DNA of 64,000 nucleotides from Phycisphaerae bacterium (lineage in GTDB: Bacteria; Planctomycetota; Phycisphaerae; UBA1845; Fen-1342), in assembly GCA_963675745.2 (NCBI GenBank), contig CAXXWX010000028.1, positions 64,001 through 128,000 on the forward strand, given 5' to 3'. Made by a program: the position numbers and the translations under genes. Every line of letters begins with the position of its first letter. The first letter of the stretch is position 1. Shown one piece after another: positions 38,158 through 48,313 of this stretch. The notes beneath the pieces were generated by a model. The model was given only the letters and a program-made list of their open reading frames with translations. It did not search any database and was not told the DNA's origin.

Positions 38158-39966
38158 ATGCCTGAGCAACCAACTGAGATTCGGCGAGTCGCGTGGTCAC
38201 AGGTCTTCCCGTTCATTCGGCTGTTTCGCACTTTTGGGCTCGCGGCGAACTCCACGCGCCTGGCCCTGGCTTTCCTGTGTATCCTGACGATCTACATCGG
38301 CGCACGGATTCTCGACCAGGTGTGGATCGCGGCCGGCAGCGGCGTCGCTTTGACCACAGAGTCGCTGGCCGGGCCGACGCAAGCCATCACCGAGATCGAT
38401 GTGTACGCCACCGGTACGTCCGAAGGGCTCGAACTGTGGCGGTCATTGCGCGACAGGCAGCAAGAACAGGCCGCCGAACGCGTCGCGGCATTTGAGGAGG
38501 ATGACAAAACGCCCGATCTTGCCGCCGCCGGCGACCTGGTCGATCAGTGGCTTGACCAGCGCATCGAGCAGATCAACGCGGATGAGGATGCCACCAGCGA
38601 CGAACAAGCCGCGCAGCGCGAAGAAGCATACCTGGCAGCCGATGTGCTGCGGTTCTCATTGGCGGGCAAGGATTTGGCGCCACTGGGGCGAGCGACCAGC
38701 GCGCAGAACGCGATCGGGCTACTGTCCCCCGCTGATGCCACCGCGGAGCAGCAACAGCAACTGGTGCGCGCGATCAGCTACCGTGAAGCCAAACGTCAGT
38801 TGGATCGTTGCACACCGCGCGGCCCCTTTGCCGTATTGATGGAATACGACATGCGCTGCCTGGCAGCGGGGATTCAGGGCGTCTTTGCCGGCCGGCTGGG
38901 CACTTCCGGCGGGGTTAACTCCCCCGAACCGGCGCTGCTTGGCTGCATGATCTCGGTCGGCGCCGGATCCAGTTGGCTGATCACGCAACGACCCTGCTAC
39001 GCCGCAATGTTCGGGATCATGAAGCTGGTGATTGTCGGGCTCTTCGGCGTGGCGATCTGTCGACACTCGGCCGTGCAATCCGCGCGCGACGAGTCCATCG
39101 GGTTCACCGCCGCCATCAAGTTTGCCCGCGGTAAGTGGAAGGAGTCCATCCTCGCACCGCTCATCCCGATCGGCATCATTATCATCGGCGCCGTCTGCCT
39201 GCTGGCCGGCGGGTTGATCGGGGCTATTCCCGCGGTCGGGCACGTAGTCTCCGGCGTGCTCTATGGACTCGCCCTGCTCGGCGGCTTCGCCCTTGCGCTC
39301 GTGTTCATCGGGTTTGTCCTGGGCGCGCACCTCATGTGGCCGACCATCGCCGTGGAAAGCTCCGACGCCTTCGACGCCGTGCAACGCGGCTTCGGGTATA
39401 TCGGTCAGCGTATCTGGAATGCGGCGTTTTATGGTGTGGCCCTGATGGTCTACGGCGCGATTTCCGTGGCGATGGTGCGCCTGATCGCCATGCTCGTGCT
39501 CAAGCTGACGCATGCCTTCACGGGCATCGGTATTGGATTCTTCGGCCATTTGACCAGCAGCCAGACCGCCACCGTGTCCAAGCTGGATGCGATGTGGTCG
39601 ATGCCGGAGTGGAGTGAGTTGCCTCTCCTGCCGATGGCCGGACGCGTGCCCTTCTGGGGCGAGTTTGCCCTCGCACCGCTCAGCGGCACCGAGATGGTGG
39701 CGATGTGGCTGATCGCCTGCTGGGTCTTCATGCTCGTCACACTGGTCGCCGCTTTTATCATCAGCTTCTATTTCTGCGGCGTCACGGAGGTGTATTTCCT
39801 GCTGCGGCGTGATGTGGACGCGACCGACTGGGAGGAGATTTACTACGAAGAAGATGACGATCTCCTCGCGATGGAAACCGCCGATGCGACAACGCCCTCC
39901 GACTCTCCGGCCGATGCCGCGGAGCAAGCGGAACCCGACGCGGCCGATGACTCGGAATCTTCATAG
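38158..39966 (+). CDS. Hypothetical polytopic membrane protein with large soluble helical insert and acidic tail
   Basis: GGAGG RBS before ATG 38158; N-terminal TM, charged helical region, multiple C-terminal TMs, YFLLRRDVD then an Asp/Glu-rich tail. Confidence 0.8.
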   Translation: MPEQPTEIRRVAWSQVFPFIRLFRTFGLAANSTRLALAFLCILTIYIGARILDQVWIAAGSGVALTTESLAGPTQAITEIDVYATGTSEGLELWRSLRDRQQEQAAERVAAFEEDDKTPDLAAAGDLVDQWLDQRIEQINADEDATSDEQAAQREEAYLAADVLRFSLAGKDLAPLGRATSAQNAIGLLSPADATAEQQQQLVRAISYREAKRQLDRCTPRGPFAVLMEYDMRCLAAGIQGVFAGRLGTSGGVNSPEPALLGCMISVGAGSSWLITQRPCYAAMFGIMKLVIVGLFGVAICRHSAVQSARDESIGFTAAIKFARGKWKESILAPLIPIGIIIIGAVCLLAGGLIGAIPAVGHVVSGVLYGLALLGGFALALVFIGFVLGAHLMWPTIAVESSDAFDAVQRGFGYIGQRIWNAAFYGVALMVYGAISVAMVRLIAMLVLKLTHAFTGIGIGFFGHLTSSQTATVSKLDAMWSMPEWSELPLLPMAGRVPFWGEFALAPLSGTEMVAMWLIACWVFMLVTLVAAFIISFYFCGVTEVYFLLRRDVDATDWEEIYYEEDDDLLAMETADATTPSDSPADAAEQAEPDAADDSESS

Positions 39967-39993
39967 CGGTCACTCTCGGGCAGCCGAAGACAC

Positions 39994-40064
39994 GTAGCGG
40001 CCGACGACCCCGTCGGCCGCGGGACGACGGCGAGGCATCGTCAGACGCCGAGGCTCGGCGTCAC
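39994..40064. repeat. REP copy plus second hairpin
   Basis: GTAG-CGGCCGAC-GACCCC-GTCGGCCG at 39994-40019, preceded by CCGAAGACAC as in the 31493 copy; hairpin GACGCCGAG/CTCGGCGTC at 40044-40062. Confidence 0.7.
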
Positions 40065-40155
40065 ATATGGGCGGGTCGTCCAGGCGCGCGCCTTCGGTGT
40101 GCCACCGCTCTTGAGCAGTGCGGTAGGTGACACCAGTTCCGCAGGGCAGTCGAGG

Positions 40156-41052
40156 ATGACACGCGAAGCACCATCGCCAGACGCACCTCCCAGGAACACG
40201 CCCGGCCCTGGCGTCGCCATTGGCACCGGGATCAGCATGCTGCGCGACACGCTCGCCAGAGTGCTGATCAGGTTCGGCGCCACGCCCAACCGCATCACCG
40301 TCCTCGGCTTTCTGCTGACCTGCGGCACCGGCGTGTGCCTGGCGTACGGCGCCGGACACCAGGTGCCATACGCCTACTCCGGCGCCGCCGGCCCGGGCCC
40401 GACGAGCCTTTGGCCTCTTTGGGCCGGTCTGTTTCTGCTGCTCTCGGCCGCTTGCGACATGTTGGACGGCGCCGTGGCACGCGTCGGCAATATGAGCTCG
40501 AAGTTCGGCGAGGTGCTGGACTCGACGCTCGACCGGTTCAGCGATACGGCGATCTATGTGGGTTGTGCCGTGTATTTCGCCTGGCATGAGAACGTGACCT
40601 ACCAGGTGCTCGCGTTTCTGGCCCTCGGCAACACGTTTCTGATCAGCTATATCAAGGCCCGCGCCGAAGATGTCGTACCGGGATGTTGCGGGGTCGGGTG
40701 GTGGCAGCGCGGTGAGCGCTACGTGGCCCTGCTGCTGGGTTGCTTTTTCGGGCACATGCCGTTTGTGCTCTGGCAACAGGCGCTTTTGCCCGCTTTCACC
40801 GTTTTCCGGCGACTCGAATACGCGGGACGGGCAATCAGGGCCTTTGAGCGCAACGCACCGCCGCCGCCCAAGCTGGCGCTCCGCGCTTGGTGGGGACGTC
40901 TGATCCTCTGGTACTATCCACGCGGCACATGGCAGTTTGACGTTGTCGCCGGCACCAATATCGCATCCATTATCGCCCTGCCGTGGCTCTGGTCACCGCT
41001 GCTGGGCACGGGCGCATACCTCGATCCACTGCGCTCCTGGCTCGGTTCCTAA
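40156..41052 (+). CDS. CDP-alcohol phosphatidyltransferase, phosphatidylinositol-phosphate synthase-like
   Basis: TPNRIT, DMLDGAVAR...FGEVLDSTLDRFSD signature; ISYIKARAE and RGER motifs as in PIPS/AIPS enzymes. Confidence 0.87.
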   Translation: MTREAPSPDAPPRNTPGPGVAIGTGISMLRDTLARVLIRFGATPNRITVLGFLLTCGTGVCLAYGAGHQVPYAYSGAAGPGPTSLWPLWAGLFLLLSAACDMLDGAVARVGNMSSKFGEVLDSTLDRFSDTAIYVGCAVYFAWHENVTYQVLAFLALGNTFLISYIKARAEDVVPGCCGVGWWQRGERYVALLLGCFFGHMPFVLWQQALLPAFTVFRRLEYAGRAIRAFERNAPPPPKLALRAWWGRLILWYYPRGTWQFDVVAGTNIASIIALPWLWSPLLGTGAYLDPLRSWLGS

Positions 41053-41247
41053 GCGACCGTTGTCGCTGGCAAACCGCCGTGATCGAGAATACCGGGCCCC
41101 GTCTCATCGGCGCAGACAGTGAGTGCATGTGCAACACCACTGCCGCTTCGGGCAACCTCGCTCACAATCAGATGGGGATTGCATTCGCCCGTCCAGTTTG
41201 CATACTGTACGGTCAGTTGGCCGAGTGCTCGACGTGGGAGAGATCAC

Positions 41248-42345
41248 ATGCGAATCGCCTACGGCGTGATGGGATATGGCCGCGGACACGCCACACGAAC
41301 GGCAACCGTTTTGCCGGAGTTGACGGCGCGCCACGACGTGCTGTTGCTCGCCGGACGAGACGCTTACGCCGCGCTCTCACCAACTTATAATGTCGTGCGC
41401 ATCCCGTCACTCAGCTACGTCTATGGGCGCCGCGGCCGGCGCTCGATTGTGCGGACGGCCGTGCAGAACACGTCGGCGGTGCTCGACTTGCTGCTTCACG
41501 GCCCATCGCTGACGATGGTGATGGACGTCATCCGCGAATTCCGCGCTGACGTGATTATCTCCGATGCCGAAGCCTGGACGAACCGCGTTGGCATGCGGCT
41601 GGGCATTCCCCGGATCGCCTTCGATCACTTTGGCATCCTGACGCACTGCAATCCACCCGTGCGCGGACCGGATCGGTTTATGCTGTGGCGCGAGCGCTGT
41701 GCGTATCGCGCTCTGATGGGGCAGCCACAGCGCGTAATTGTCTCCAGCTTTTACGAAGCGCCCGCGCGCCGGCCCGGTGTGCGCGTCGTCGGGCCGCTGC
41801 TGCGCGATGAGGTCTTGAAGACCAAGCCCGGTCGCGGCGGATTCCTGCTGGCGTATTTCAACCAGGGAGCCCACCAGTTCACACCCTGGGTGCGCAAAGC
41901 GCTGCGCGACGTCGATTGCCCCATCAAGGTCTATGGCACACAGCGGATCGGCTCCGCGGGCAACCTCGAATTCTGCCCGACCAGCAATCAGCCGTTCCTG
42001 ACCGACCTGGCTAACTGCCGCGCAGTGATAAGCACGGCGGGCAATCAGCTTGTCGGGGAAGCACTGCACTTTCGCAAGCCCATGCTGGTCATGCCGGAAA
42101 CCTGTGTCGAGCAGCGTTGCAACGCCAATGCGATCGAGGAGATGAGGATCGGCATGCAGGTTGCTCACCGCAAGCTCACCACCGAAGTGATTCGCGGGTT
42201 CCTCGCGCGGGAAGACGAGTTTCAGACCCACATCAGCGCGGCCACCTGCGACGGCCGCACCGAAGCTCTCGACGCACTGGAAACGTATCTGAAGGAGCTG
42301 GGTGGCAAGCGCGCGACGCCGGCGTACATTCGGAAGGTCTCATGA
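41248..42345 (+). CDS. GT-B glycosyltransferase (MJ1255/Glyco_trans_1_3-like)
   Basis: MRIAYGVMGYGRGHATR; VISTAGNQLVGEALHFRKP; EQRCNA. Confidence 0.88.
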   Translation: MRIAYGVMGYGRGHATRTATVLPELTARHDVLLLAGRDAYAALSPTYNVVRIPSLSYVYGRRGRRSIVRTAVQNTSAVLDLLLHGPSLTMVMDVIREFRADVIISDAEAWTNRVGMRLGIPRIAFDHFGILTHCNPPVRGPDRFMLWRERCAYRALMGQPQRVIVSSFYEAPARRPGVRVVGPLLRDEVLKTKPGRGGFLLAYFNQGAHQFTPWVRKALRDVDCPIKVYGTQRIGSAGNLEFCPTSNQPFLTDLANCRAVISTAGNQLVGEALHFRKPMLVMPETCVEQRCNANAIEEMRIGMQVAHRKLTTEVIRGFLAREDEFQTHISAATCDGRTEALDALETYLKELGGKRATPAYIRKVS

Positions 42346-43412
42346 GACCCCTGGCCTGGGCCCTCAGTGTTATCCAGAACCGCCTCGGGACCGTACCACG
42401 GCCGTCCTGGTGTACCTATCTCGTCACCTATCGCTGCAATGCGCGTTGCCGGATGTGCGACTCGTGGCGCGCCAAGCCCGGGTCAGAGCTCACACCGACG
42501 CAGGTAGCCGACGTGTTCGCCAAGATCGGGCGATTGGATGTCGTACGCCTGACCGGCGGTGAGCCGTTCCTGCGTGAAGATATGCTCGATATAGCCGAGG
42601 CCGTCCTCGCCGCATCGCGCCCCAGCGGTTGTATCCACATCACGACCAATGGGTCTTTCCCGGACCGCACGGTCGAGTTTGCCGAGCGTTTTTCAAACCC
42701 CGGACTGCTGCGCTTCATGGTCTCCTTTGACGGGCTGGCGGCCGAGCACGACGCCAATCGCGGAAAGGCTGTGTCCTTTGACACGGCGCTCGATACCGTG
42801 AAGCGACTCGCCGCGTTGCGCGATCGCATCGGGGTTCAGGTCAGCGTCAACCACACGATCATCTCTCCGCACTCACTCGCGGACAGCGCCGAGCTTAAGC
42901 GCATCATGCACGCACACGACTGCGACGTACACAGCGTGCTCGCCTACTCCGATTCCGCGATGTACGGCGCCCAGCGACGCGGCACAAAGGCCGGTGACCT
43001 GATCTCAACGCAATACCCGCTGCACGCAAAGCTCAAAGATGCCGACGTAATCGGCTACACCAACCGCGAATTGCGCCAATTGGGCGTTTTGCGCACGTGG
43101 TGGCTGCGCTGGGGGAAACGCTATTACCTGCGCGGGCTCCGCGCCCGCTTGAATGGAACGCCGAATCCGCGGCCGAGGCCGAAGTGCGTGGCACTGCGCA
43201 GCCACATCCGGCTTTTGCCCGACGGGCGCGTACCGGTGTGCCAGTTTAACACCGAGACGATCGGTAACTTGTTAGAGGCGTCGTTCGAGAGCATCTGGCA
43301 TGGTGATCAAGCGCGGGCCGCGCGGCGGTGGGTTGACGCGTGCACCGGGTGCTGGGCGGAGTGCGAGGTGATACCCAACGCCTTGTACTCCGGCGATGTG
43401 CTCAGAGGGTAG
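42342..43412 (+). CDS. Radical SAM protein with SPASM/twitch domain
   Basis: CNARCRMC, LTGGEPFL, ITTNG, VSFDG; C-terminal C...DGRVPVC...CTGCWAEC; ATGA overlap with the glycosyltransferase stop. Confidence 0.9.
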   Translation: MRPLAWALSVIQNRLGTVPRPSWCTYLVTYRCNARCRMCDSWRAKPGSELTPTQVADVFAKIGRLDVVRLTGGEPFLREDMLDIAEAVLAASRPSGCIHITTNGSFPDRTVEFAERFSNPGLLRFMVSFDGLAAEHDANRGKAVSFDTALDTVKRLAALRDRIGVQVSVNHTIISPHSLADSAELKRIMHAHDCDVHSVLAYSDSAMYGAQRRGTKAGDLISTQYPLHAKLKDADVIGYTNRELRQLGVLRTWWLRWGKRYYLRGLRARLNGTPNPRPRPKCVALRSHIRLLPDGRVPVCQFNTETIGNLLEASFESIWHGDQARAARRWVDACTGCWAECEVIPNALYSGDVLRG

Positions 43413-43511
43413 CGACGACGGCAGGACTTGCCGCGCTCGCCAGAGCGTGTATATACGGCGGGAGCGACACAGGGGGCGGTGCCCCGCCGGTCGTGGAACG
43501 CCGGGAAACTC

Positions 43512-43610
43512 GACGGCCTGCGAGGCGCAGGCCGCTACATATGAGGGCGAGCGGCCGCTACATATGACGGCGAGCGGCCGCCGCATGTAAGCACAAGCAG
43601 CCGCTATACG
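43512..43610. repeat. REP copy followed by about 3.5 tandem 23-bp units built on the REP GTAG end
   Basis: GACGGCCTGCGAGGCGCAGGCCGCTAC at 43512-43538; unit GCCGCTACATATGASGGCGAGCG at 43531 and 43554, degenerate at 43577 and 43600. Confidence 0.75.
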
Positions 43611-43635
43611 TACGTCCAAGCGGGCAGACGATACG

Positions 43636-43674
43636 AAAAAGGCCGGCGCCGAGTGATGCTCGGCGCCGGCCTTT
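43636..43674 (-). terminator. Rho-independent terminator of the collagen-like gene (possibly bidirectional)
   Basis: AAAAA-GGCCGGCGCCGAG-TGATG-CTCGGCGCCGGCC-TTT; perfect 13-bp stem. Confidence 0.88.
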
Positions 43675-43703
43675 GACTTATCCCTATCTGCGACGGTGCC
43701 GAC

Positions 43704-44627
43704 TTACGGTTCCACAACGACGACGTTGAAACCATCGGCGACCGTTCGCGTGCCGGTCAGCAGGTCAATCAGGACGACGCGAATGTGCATCATGTCCGGC
43801 TTTCCGCCATATGGGCCGCGCCCGTCATAGATGTACGTACCGCTGGCCAACTGCACGAAGGGCCCCGCGCTGAACGCCTTGGCGGTAATCAACACGGGCA
43901 GTTCGCCGGCCGGCGCGCCCTCGACGTCGATGTAAAGATCGAAGTACGGCTCAGGGGGGGTACCGGTGGTCTTCAGCTCGCTGATGACGGTGTTGGGGTC
44001 GGTAGAGATACCGGTGTTGGGGATGGAGAACTTCACGATCACGCCAGGATCGCCCTGTTCACCCTGCTCACCCTCCGGGCCTTGCTCGCCCTGCTCACCT
44101 TGCTCGCCTTGCTCGCCCTGTTCACCCTGGATGCCCTGCTCACCTTGCTCGCCCTGTTCACCCTGGATGCCCTGCTCGCCTTGCTCGCCCTGCTCACCCT
44201 GGATGCCTTGCTCGCCTTGCTCGCCCTGTTCACCCTGGATGCCCTGCTCACCTTGCTCGCCCTGCTCACCCTGGATGCCCTGCTCGCCTTGCTCGCCCTG
44301 CTCACCCTGGATGCCTTGCTCGCCTTGCTCGCCCTGTTCACCCTGGATGCCCTGAACGCCCTGGACGCCCTGCACACCCTGCTCGCCTTGTTCGCCCTGT
44401 TCGCCTTGTTCACCCTGGATGCCCTGGATGCCTTGCTCGCCCTGCTCACCCTGGATGCCTTGCTCGCCTTGCTCACCCTGCGGCCCGGCCGGCCCCGGAG
44501 CCCCCTGTGCGGCGTCTGTGCCATCCGTTCCGGTCGTGTCGGCCTCCGGGAAAACACACCCGCCCGCGGTCAATGCGATAACACCCAACGCAACGAGAAT
44601 CGCGCCCACCACATGTCTGCGAACCAT
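43704..44627 (-). CDS. Collagen-like lipoprotein
   Basis: AGGAGG RBS; lipobox AGGC; about 50 uninterrupted G-X-Y triplets (GEQ/GIQ/GVQ); about 110-aa beta-rich C-terminal domain. Confidence 0.9.
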   Translation of the reverse strand: MVRRHVVGAILVALGVIALTAGGCVFPEADTTGTDGTDAAQGAPGPAGPQGEQGEQGIQGEQGEQGIQGIQGEQGEQGEQGEQGVQGVQGVQGIQGEQGEQGEQGIQGEQGEQGEQGIQGEQGEQGEQGIQGEQGEQGEQGIQGEQGEQGEQGIQGEQGEQGEQGIQGEQGEQGEQGEQGEQGPEGEQGEQGDPGVIVKFSIPNTGISTDPNTVISELKTTGTPPEPYFDLYIDVEGAPAGELPVLITAKAFSAGPFVQLASGTYIYDGRGPYGGKPDMMHIRVVLIDLLTGTRTVADGFNVVVVEP

Positions 44628-44849
44628 GATCGCCTCCTATGACGTTTGTTTCATTCGAAGAGGATTCCAATCAGGAAACGTCCGTATCTCCCGCTAAGTC
44701 TTAGGCATACGTACGGCCGGAAATCAAGCAGCGCCGCCCGGCGCTGGCGCAAGTGGGTCGTTATGGGGACTCCGGCATTGCCGGCCTCACGTCCCGTCCC
44801 CTGCCGGCCGCCGCCCAGCGAGCCGACTGTCTGTCAGTCCCAACAAACC

Positions 44850-45182
44850 TCAGCGGACAAGCGTCTGCGTGCGCGAGGCGATTCCGACGGATTGGAAGTA
44901 CCCGCCATCACGCTCATAGAACGACTGGTCGTCGTAGCTCAACGTAAACGCCTGCGAAACGTCATCCAGCCGCAAGCCATGTTCAACGGCCGGCCAATCC
45001 GATCGCCGTGCGAGCAATTCGCCGATGTAATTGTGCTCGGCGGACGGGCCAAGCGCCAGATTGGCAGTTATCGGGTCCGGCGTGGTGTGCGTGTGGGCAC
45101 GCCAGACCGCCGTCGGCTGCGGGGTCGAGCAGCCGCCCAACAGAATCACGAGCGCGCCAGCGATTTTGACGAGTCTCACCAT
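44850..45182 (-). CDS. Small hypothetical lipoprotein
   Basis: MVRLVKIAGALVILLGGC signal with lipobox. Confidence 0.6.
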   Translation of the reverse strand: MVRLVKIAGALVILLGGCSTPQPTAVWRAHTHTTPDPITANLALGPSAEHNYIGELLARRSDWPAVEHGLRLDDVSQAFTLSYDDQSFYERDGGYFQSVGIASRTQTLVR

Positions 45183-45371
45183 CGCCCAATGCTACGCGCT
45201 CCCGAAACGAAATCTCAACCCGCTTCCCAGACTGAATTGCGTAATAGTCCGGGCCAAGATGCGTTTCGGCCGGCCCGGTCGACCAACCGTACAGCCGATA
45301 ACACGATAGCGTCCGATAGAACATGCGGCAAGCGTATTTGACAGGTCAAGCGCGGAAAATCTACGTCTGGA

Positions 45372-46409
45372 CTAGATGGACGCCGTCGCCACGCTCTCAC
45401 CAGTCATGACGCCGCGTCTTTCGGCTTCGGCCAGCGCGATTGAGAGCCGCGACGACTCCGGCGTGCATTGTGCCACGGGCTGCCCGCGACTCACACAGCC
45501 GATAAAATACGCGATCTCACGCGACCACCCATCGCCCGCAGCGCTGGGAAGTATCTCGGGATCATCACCGCCGGCGTACAACTTCACGTCCGGGCCGTCG
45601 CTGAGGCACCAGCTCAACGTGCCGGTCGCCCCCTGCACCGTAATCGCCATCTCGAACGGGAACGGCCTGTGGAAGCTCCACCCCCCCTCCAGGACGGCGT
45701 AATGCCCATCATCGAAGTGGTGCGTGGCCACAACGTGATCAATGCCGCCCGACGGCCCGCAGCCCCCGCAGGCCTGTATGCGTGAGGGTCGGCCCAATAA
45801 GTGATGCGCGAAATCCACGTCGTGCACGTGCAGGTCCATCAGCGCACCGCCGCTCTGGTGGTGGTCCATGAACCAGTTCGCGGCCCCGAAAGTCGGTGGA
45901 CTCGCCAAGCGTTTCAGCGAGGCGAATTGTACGGCGCCGATTTGGCCGGCATCGACCGCGGCCTTGATGGTCTCGTATTGCGGCCAGAAACGGATGCACT
46001 GTCCGACCATTAACGTGCGTCCCGTTCGCCGGGCCGCCGCGCACATTGCATCACAGTCGGCGACTGTCGGCCCCATGGGCTTTTCGCACAGCACGTGCTT
46101 GCCGGCTTCCAGCGCGGCGACGGTCAGGTCCGCGTGCAGTGGCGTTGGCAGCGCGATCACGACGACGTCGACATCAGGATCGCGGAGGAGCTCCGCCGAG
46201 TCGCGATAGCACGCCAGGTGTGACACATCCACGCGCTCACCGTCGCGCGCCCCGATGTTCCCGGTGTCGCTGTTCCAGTTGCCGGCCAGCAGATGCTCGT
46301 CGCGATCACACAGCGCGACCACCTCCGCGTCCGCGTGGTCCTGAATGTTGCCGAAGTGAGTGCGCCCCATAAAGCCGAGGCCGCAAATTCCGAATCGAAG
46401 TGTTGGCAT
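45372..46409 (-). CDS. Gfo/Idh/MocA family oxidoreductase
   Basis: GICGLGFMG, PTPLH, GKHVLCEKP, GGALMDLHVHDVD. Confidence 0.93.
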   Translation of the reverse strand: MPTLRFGICGLGFMGRTHFGNIQDHADAEVVALCDRDEHLLAGNWNSDTGNIGARDGERVDVSHLACYRDSAELLRDPDVDVVVIALPTPLHADLTVAALEAGKHVLCEKPMGPTVADCDAMCAAARRTGRTLMVGQCIRFWPQYETIKAAVDAGQIGAVQFASLKRLASPPTFGAANWFMDHHQSGGALMDLHVHDVDFAHHLLGRPSRIQACGGCGPSGGIDHVVATHHFDDGHYAVLEGGWSFHRPFPFEMAITVQGATGTLSWCLSDGPDVKLYAGGDDPEILPSAAGDGWSREIAYFIGCVSRGQPVAQCTPESSRLSIALAEAERRGVMTGESVATASI

Positions 46410-46417
46410 GGTAGTGC

Positions 46418-46473
46418 TCAGAGTTCAGATTTCAGAGTTCAGAGTTCAGAGTTCAGATTTCAGGGTTTAGGGC
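46418..46473. repeat. Heptamer tandem repeat (TCAGAKT)x7-8
   Basis: tcagagt/tcagatt units, degenerating to tcagggt and ttagggc. Confidence 0.9.
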
Positions 46474-46495
46474 AATGAAGACCGGAACGCCCTTT

Positions 46496-46591
46496 GTTGC
46501 CTCGTTGCCTCGTTGCCTTGTTGCCTCGTTGCCTCGTTGCCTCGTTGCCTTGTGGCCTCGTGGCCTCGTGGCCTCATGGCCTCATGGCCTC
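46496..46591. repeat. Octamer tandem repeat x12 (GTTGCCTY, then GTGGCCTC, then ATGGCCTC)
   Basis: 7 + 3 + 2 units read directly from the sequence. Confidence 0.92.
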
Positions 46592-46596
46592 CTTCC

Positions 46597-48150
46597 TCAC
46601 TGCCACTCAATGGTTGCCGGCGGTTTGCTGGACACATCATATGCCACGCGATTGACGCCGGGGATCTCGTTGATTATGCGATTACTGACTGTGGCGAGGA
46701 GCTCATGGTCGATACGAACCCAGTCGGCCGTCATGAAGTCGGTTGACTCGACGAGGCGAATCACGATCAGGTGCTGCCCTTCGTAGGTGCGTCCGTCACC
46801 CATCACGCCGACGCTCGCAACGGGCACAAGGACCGCGAATCCCTGGGCGACCTTGCGATACCAGCCGGCGATTGTGAGCTCTTCAAGCAGAATACGATCC
46901 GCCGCCCGCAGCAAGCCCAACCGCGCCGGCGTGATTTCGCCCATGATGCGGACGGCCAGGCCCGGCCCGGGAAAGGGGTGACGCCAAATCAGATCTTCGG
47001 GCAATCCCAACGCCTCGCCGACTCGACGAACCTCGTCCTTGAACAGCAGGCGCAGCGGTTCGACCAATTCGAAGCCGAGCTCGGCCGGCAAAGCTCCGAC
47101 GTTGTGATGTGATTTGATCACGGCGGCATGCCCGGTGGGCCCGTGTCCCGACTCGATCACGTCGGGGTAAATCGTGCCCTGGGCCAGGAAGCGGGCGCCA
47201 TCGATGTGCCGCGCCTCGTTCCTGAAAACCTCGATGAACTCACGGCCGATGATCTTCCGCTTCTCCTGCGGGTCAATCACTCCGGTGAGCCTTGACAGGA
47301 AACGGTCCGCGGCGTCGACGACGCGGAGCTGCATGCCGAAGTGGTCACGAAAGGTCTGCTCCACCAGAGCCGCCTCATTCGCGCGCAGCAGGCCGTTATC
47401 CACAAAGATGCACCGCAGGCGATCACCGATGGCCCGCTGCACAAGAGCGGCGAGCACCGAACTATCCACGCCGCCGGACAGCCCACAGATGACCCGGTCT
47501 CGGTCGCCAACCTGGGCGCGAATGCTCTGAACGGCCTCGTCGATCACGCCGGCCATGCGCCACGTGCCCGTGCAGCCGCACAGATCGTAAATGAAATTGC
47601 GAATGATCTGGCTACCTTGCGGCGTGTGCGTGACTTCGGGGTGGAATTGCACGCCGAAGACCGGCTTGGAGGTATGGGCGACGGCGGCGAAGGGGCATTG
47701 GGGGGTGCGCGCCAGGCTCCTAAAACAGTCACCGACCTCGGCCACAATGTCGCCATGACTCATCCAGACCGAGGTATCCGCCGGCAGGTTGGCCAGCAAC
47801 CCATGGTTGTTTGTGACCGACAGATTTATGCGGCCATATTCGCGTGATTGCGCCGCCGAGACGTCACCACCCAACGCGTGGCAGGCGACCTGCATGCCGT
47901 AGCAGATGCCGAGAACCGGCACGTCGAGCTCGAATATCCCAGGATCGCAGGTTGGCGCGTCGGCCTCATAAACGCTGGCCGGCCCGCCCGAGAGAATGAT
48001 GCCCTTGACACTTCGCGCGCGCAGCTCATCGGGGGAGACGCCCGGATGCAGCAACTCGCTGTATACGTGATTCTCGCGAACCCGCCGCGCGATGAGCTGC
48101 GAGTACTGGCTCCCAAAATCGAGTACGGCGATGGTTTCCTGGCGGCTCAT
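46597..48150 (-). CDS. guaA: GMP synthase (glutamine-hydrolysing)
   Basis: [49 protein letters not shown]. Confidence 0.97.
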   Translation of the reverse strand: MSRQETIAVLDFGSQYSQLIARRVRENHVYSELLHPGVSPDELRARSVKGIILSGGPASVYEADAPTCDPGIFELDVPVLGICYGMQVACHALGGDVSAAQSREYGRINLSVTNNHGLLANLPADTSVWMSHGDIVAEVGDCFRSLARTPQCPFAAVAHTSKPVFGVQFHPEVTHTPQGSQIIRNFIYDLCGCTGTWRMAGVIDEAVQSIRAQVGDRDRVICGLSGGVDSSVLAALVQRAIGDRLRCIFVDNGLLRANEAALVEQTFRDHFGMQLRVVDAADRFLSRLTGVIDPQEKRKIIGREFIEVFRNEARHIDGARFLAQGTIYPDVIESGHGPTGHAAVIKSHHNVGALPAELGFELVEPLRLLFKDEVRRVGEALGLPEDLIWRHPFPGPGLAVRIMGEITPARLGLLRAADRILLEELTIAGWYRKVAQGFAVLVPVASVGVMGDGRTYEGQHLIVIRLVESTDFMTADWVRIDHELLATVSNRIINEIPGVNRVAYDVSSKPPATIEWQ

Positions 48151-48313
48151 GTGAGCGGGATACCATCTTGGGGAAGATCGGTCAATGACTGGCAGACGAG
48201 TGTGGCAGCGGCTGGCATAATGTGCCGCGTCGCGGTGCCGATGAGCACGACCACACGCGCAAGACGTGCTATAATGGCCTCACTTTGAGCGACGACTGTA
48301 TTGAGGCCGGGCT

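Noticed and set aside
43531..43610. Possible mini-CRISPR array
   Set aside because: Units are directly tandem with no unique spacers, and there are no cas genes in the window.
43785..44642. Repetitive ORFs in other frames (LLALL.., SPCSPC.., RASKAS..)
   Set aside because: Shadow frames of the collagen repeat; only the G-X-Y frame has an RBS, lipobox and terminator.
46475..46786. ORF with VASLPRCL repeats
   Set aside because: Translation of the octamer microsatellite, overlapping guaA on the opposite strand.
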